A DNA stretch of 64,000 nucleotides from Podarcis erhardii. Lineage: Eukaryota. The notes under the pieces were generated by a model that made no database searches, was not told the DNA's origin, and saw nothing but the letters and a program-made list of their open reading frames with translations. Both the position numbers and the translations under genes were made by a program. Below are positions 59,979 through 64,000 of this stretch, one piece after another; the first letter of the stretch is position 1; every line of letters starts with the position of its first letter. Where the stretch lies: assembly GCA_964252035.1 (NCBI GenBank), contig OZ176203.1. One strand, given 5' to 3'.

Positions 59979-62221
59979 TACTATCTATGTATGTAATAAT
60001 GCATATTGTCCCTGTTTACTGTGCTACCACTTCACCTTTCTTTCATCTGCCACTTCCCTCTGCAAAGTGGATTAAAAACCCTCTGGGCAAAGGCCTGTCC
60101 TTGACTATTAGTCATACTGACTGGGGCCAATGGAAGCTGAACTCCAATCACAATGGGGGTCTCAGGTTCCCTACCACTATTGTAAAGAGTCATGCACCCT
60201 GAAGCCACTATCTAAGATAAATAAGAAAAACAAATTAACTTTTTCTGTCCACCAGCTACTGGTGGCAGCCAGCTGTGATGGGAAGTTCCTTTGTAGGACT
60301 CCAGATATAGGAATGATTATGCCTGAATATATACTATAGATCCAGGCTATGTCCCCTTTCAATGAAAATCTTCAGCGGAAAGGTCAATGGAAAGCAGAAA
60401 ATATAGTGTGACAAAATTGGTAACATGCATAAGCCTAATAAGAGCTATATTTCCCTTGCTGCTTTTCATGGAGTTCCTGGCTCCTTTATCTGAATGCCTC
60501 AATCTCTCCATAAACTGGGTGACTGCTGAGTTATTACCTATCTCTAACGTCTTGTCATCTCACACACCTGCTCATGCGTCTCACATCTTTCCTCTGCAGC
60601 AGCTTCATATATAGAGGAGATCTGAAGCTCACAACATCAAGGAGGAGATGCTAGAAGATTTAGCCTGCTGGAATTTGAGATTGGTACAAGCCTTTGATTG
60701 GGAGTTAGGGCCATGTATGTGACAGACTGCTCTTGGCTAAGGTAACTCATTACAAAGTCTTCAAAGGGACTTTTTAAATAATAAAAAAGCTATAGCTCAC
60801 CTTCTTTGAATCCTTGCGTTTCCAAAAACAGAAGCTTGGCATGGGAGCATTTAGTATGCTTTACTGTGCCTTTAAACCAGATGACAACCTCTAGATCATG
60901 AATAAGAGGCTATCTGGCTCATAGGTCTAGGGCAGTGGTGGAAATCTGTCCTGTACAAGTCACATCAAAAGGCAGTCATTAAGCAATTTCCAGATATTTC
61001 AATGGGGATTCCACAAAATGTTTTCCCGTGAAATCTGCACTTTATCTCCAACATCCTAAATACTAATAAAAAGTGCTGAAATTGTTTTTTCACATCCAAA
61101 TACCAAGCCTTGCGAAACACAACTGAAAACACATATAACAAAGGCATCAGCAGATTTTAATTTGATATTTGTTTATTTGTTAAGATGCCTGTTTTCTTCT
61201 GCTTCAGCGGTGGGCTGCTGGTTTCTATGTATGAACCAGTCTAGCCAGCAGCTACTCAAGGCATAATAGGTTTACTCCTCATCGTGAACCTGAAATACAT
61301 TATAAAATATGACAACACAGTTTAGGCTCAACCGAAATGACTGCATGGCTTTTTAAAGCAACAATCCTTTACACACTTCCTAGAAAAGATGGCCCACTGA
61401 ATTCATCCTGAATTTCCTACGTGGAATGCATTTTTGTGTAGGAAAAATATACAATATAGACAGAAGTGCAACGCAGAACGTCTTACGAGGTTTCAAAAAG
61501 TACCAGGGCACAACACGTCATTTGCACATAGCTAAGTACAAAATTAATAATGTACAGTAGCATCCATGAGGAATGGTGCACCATCTCATGGCTGTGGCAT
61601 CCAGTGATGATTTGCATATAAAGCACTATGTGAACTGTAGCAAGGTAGCATGACGCTGAAATCCCATACCCACTTTCTTGGCAGTAAGACCCATTTTGCA
61701 CAATGGAGCATACTTCTGAGTAGACATGTGCAGAATTGCTGTGTTCCTTGAACACCATTCCCACCGGAATCAATGGGATAGATTAGCCATAACTTCCATT
61801 AAGTTCAACTAATTTATTCTTTACTCTGGTCTGCTGCTTTAGCTCCCCACTCCCCGTAATTGGCCAGTTCAAATGGAAATTTTGGTGGGCAATCCCACAA
61901 GCCTTTTCAGCCAGCAGGGGAGGGTTACACTGTCCAGCCATGAGGAAAATAATGTTTTCCATTGTGCCCCAGGGAGCACTGGGTTGAGCTGCAACCGCTG
62001 CCCAACCACAATCGGGGTGAGTGCCCATTCTCTTCTGGTGTGCAAGTCAGGGGTGGAGCTTGCTATCCTTGCCCCACACATGTTTGTTCTACCTGTTTAC
62101 TTTACATGTAAGAGGGCCAAGTGTATAGGAAGCAGATGTATAGGTAACCAAGGGCTGCCACATGTCAAACCAATGAATTCAAGTTATAAGAAAGGGGATT
62201 CTGACTAAACTTCAGGAAGTA

Positions 62222-63015
62222 CCGTATTTTTCGCTCCATAAGACACACTTTTTTCTTCCTAAAAAGTAAGGGGAAATGTCTGTGCATCTTATGGAGCGAG
62301 TGTGTGGTCCCTGGAGCTGAATTGTCCAGGGGTAAAAAGCAGATCATGTTTGTTTGTTTTTTTTTAAGTGGGAAGGGAGTGTTGAAAGGAAACAGCTGAT
62401 TGGCAAGTGATCGGGAGGGGAGATAAGGGACGCTAGCAATAAAGGAGGCTGCCTGGGAGGGGGGAGATAAAGACAGGGAAGTTGCAAGGAGAGGAGACAG
62501 GAAGACTAAAACAACGAGGAAAGAAATTAGAAGAAAAGGAGGAGCAAAAAAACACTCCAGCTAAGGAAAAGACACTAAGGCAAACAAGAGGGAAGGGAGT
62601 GTTGAAAGGAAACTGCTGATCAGCAAGCGATTGGGAGATAAAAGACACTAGCAATAAAGGAGGCTGCCTGGGAGTGGGGAGGTAAAAGGCCATGGATCCT
62701 CAGGATTTTTACATTGGGTCACCCCAAATTCACCATCAGATCACATAGCATGTCCATGGCTACAGCCTGGACCAAAAAAATCACGCACCCACTGTTGCAT
62801 GGGGCCTCAATGGCACAAAAACTTGGTTACAAAGCACGGATCCACATGGATCCTCAGGATTTTTGCATTGGGCTACCCCAAACTCACTGTCAAATCACAT
62901 GTCTGTGGCCACAGCATGAACCAGAAAAATCCATACATCCACTGTTTTGTTCAGAATTTTTCTTTTCTTGTTTTCCTCTAAAAACTAGGTACACCTTATG
63001 GAGCAAAAAATACGG
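62222..63015. mobile_element. Tc2/pogo-like non-autonomous DNA transposon with duplicated internal units
   Basis: TIRs CCGTATTTTTCGCTCCATAAG / CTTATGGAGCAAAAAATACGG, TA TSD; related to 23455-23986. Confidence 0.85.
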
Positions 63016-63017
63016 TA

Positions 63018-63190
63018 CTTTCTGACAGTAAGAGCTGTTTAACCGTGGAACAAACTCCCTTGGAAAGTGGAGGACTCTCCTTCCTTGGAGGTTTTTAAAC
63101 AGAGGTTGAATGGCTGAGATTCGTGCATTACAAGGGGTTGGACTAGATGACCCTCGGGGTCCCTTCCCACTCTACAATTCTATGATTCTA
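63018..63190 (+). mobile_element. CR1 LINE 3' end
   Basis: TTTCTGACAGTAAGAGCTGTT...GGACTAGATGACCCTC...TTCTATGATTCTA. Confidence 0.85.
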
Positions 63191-64000
63191 AGTAAACTGC
63201 ACTATAGGGAATGAGGCTATGAAGGGGACTTTTTGAGCCAGTCTGTCCACATACCATAGGAGGTGAGAAAGATAGATATTCTGAAAATCTTTGGGCAGAA
63301 AGTTTTCCTGGCTTTAAAAGGGAATCTGTGTCTTTAAGAACTGTGTGGAATGGAGAGGCTGAGTAAGGGTCTAGTGTTGTGGTGATAAACAAAGTTGCAG
63401 CTTCCTCAATGTTATTAAAAAGCATAGCATGTTTCTCCAGATATTAGGTGCTGGCAGGGTTTAAATGTACGAATTATGAATAGCCTCCGTTTTCAAGATA
63501 TCAAGTGGGCTGATGTATTAAGAAGTATTTTTTTTAATGTTGTGTTTTCTATTTGCATTTTATCTGCATGGATTTCTGCTGCCCAAACAAATGTGGAAAA
63601 GTAAAATGAAGGATAAATCTCTTTACTAAAACTTGGCTTTGGGTGTTTGGTGGAGTGTTGTTTTTCTTGTTGCCTGAAAAACTTCTGGAAGAATTCTATT
63701 AATATTTTTTGCATAATGATAAGCCTACCGTGCATGTGATTATTGTTTACTGTGTCACCTCTCTCTATTTGGGAACCCTAAAAGGCAAGAGCGTGATAAT
63801 GACTTATAGCTACATACATTATGCTCATCCCACAGGATTTACTTCTAAGAGCAGAAGCAGGCAATGTCTAATCTTTTCGTATGTTTGAATGACAGCATGT
63901 ACACAGTTCCCCATCTATTAACCAGATCTTGCCCCCTGTCCAACACCTGCATTTAGCACTGCTTGACCTGCATGCAGAAAGGCACTTCTACTTGTGAGTA

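Noticed and set aside
59675-60202. 175-aa plus-strand ORF
   Set aside because: It runs through a MITE (59739-59978) and has no protein features.
52500-64000. HHLA2, expected upstream of IFT57 from human synteny
   Set aside because: There is no Ig-domain-sized ORF or recognisable B7-family peptide.

Overview
Eukaryotic genomic DNA from a squamate reptile, most likely a lacertid lizard. This is inferred from the Sauria-type SINEs, Squam3-like SINEs, CR1, L2, BovB and reptile-type L1. The one protein-coding gene I can support is IFT57 (intraflagellar transport 57 / HIPPI) on the minus strand. It has 11 GT-AG-bounded coding exons from 52009 down to 29419, giving a 1260-nt CDS (419 aa), with a CpG-island promoter (~51.4-52.5 kb) containing an RFX X-box. 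The rest is intergenic or intronic DNA dense in mobile elements: SINEs, 5'-truncated CR1/L1/L2/BovB, Tc1/mariner and hAT MITEs, LTRs, microsatellites, and one 132-N gap. The most unusual items are (i) a 2.1-kb L1-like non-autonomous retroelement with a 15-bp TSD in IFT57 intron 7, carrying one novel coiled-coil-like ORF and no RT, (ii) a solo LTR whose U3 holds an intact 135-aa ORF ending in an HMGN-like RRSARL motif, and (iii) Tc2/pogo-like elements with shared TIRs but unrelated interiors, one being an array of five hairpins. I found no CRISPR, rRNA or genuine tRNA genes, and no recognisable CD47 or HHLA2 exons.
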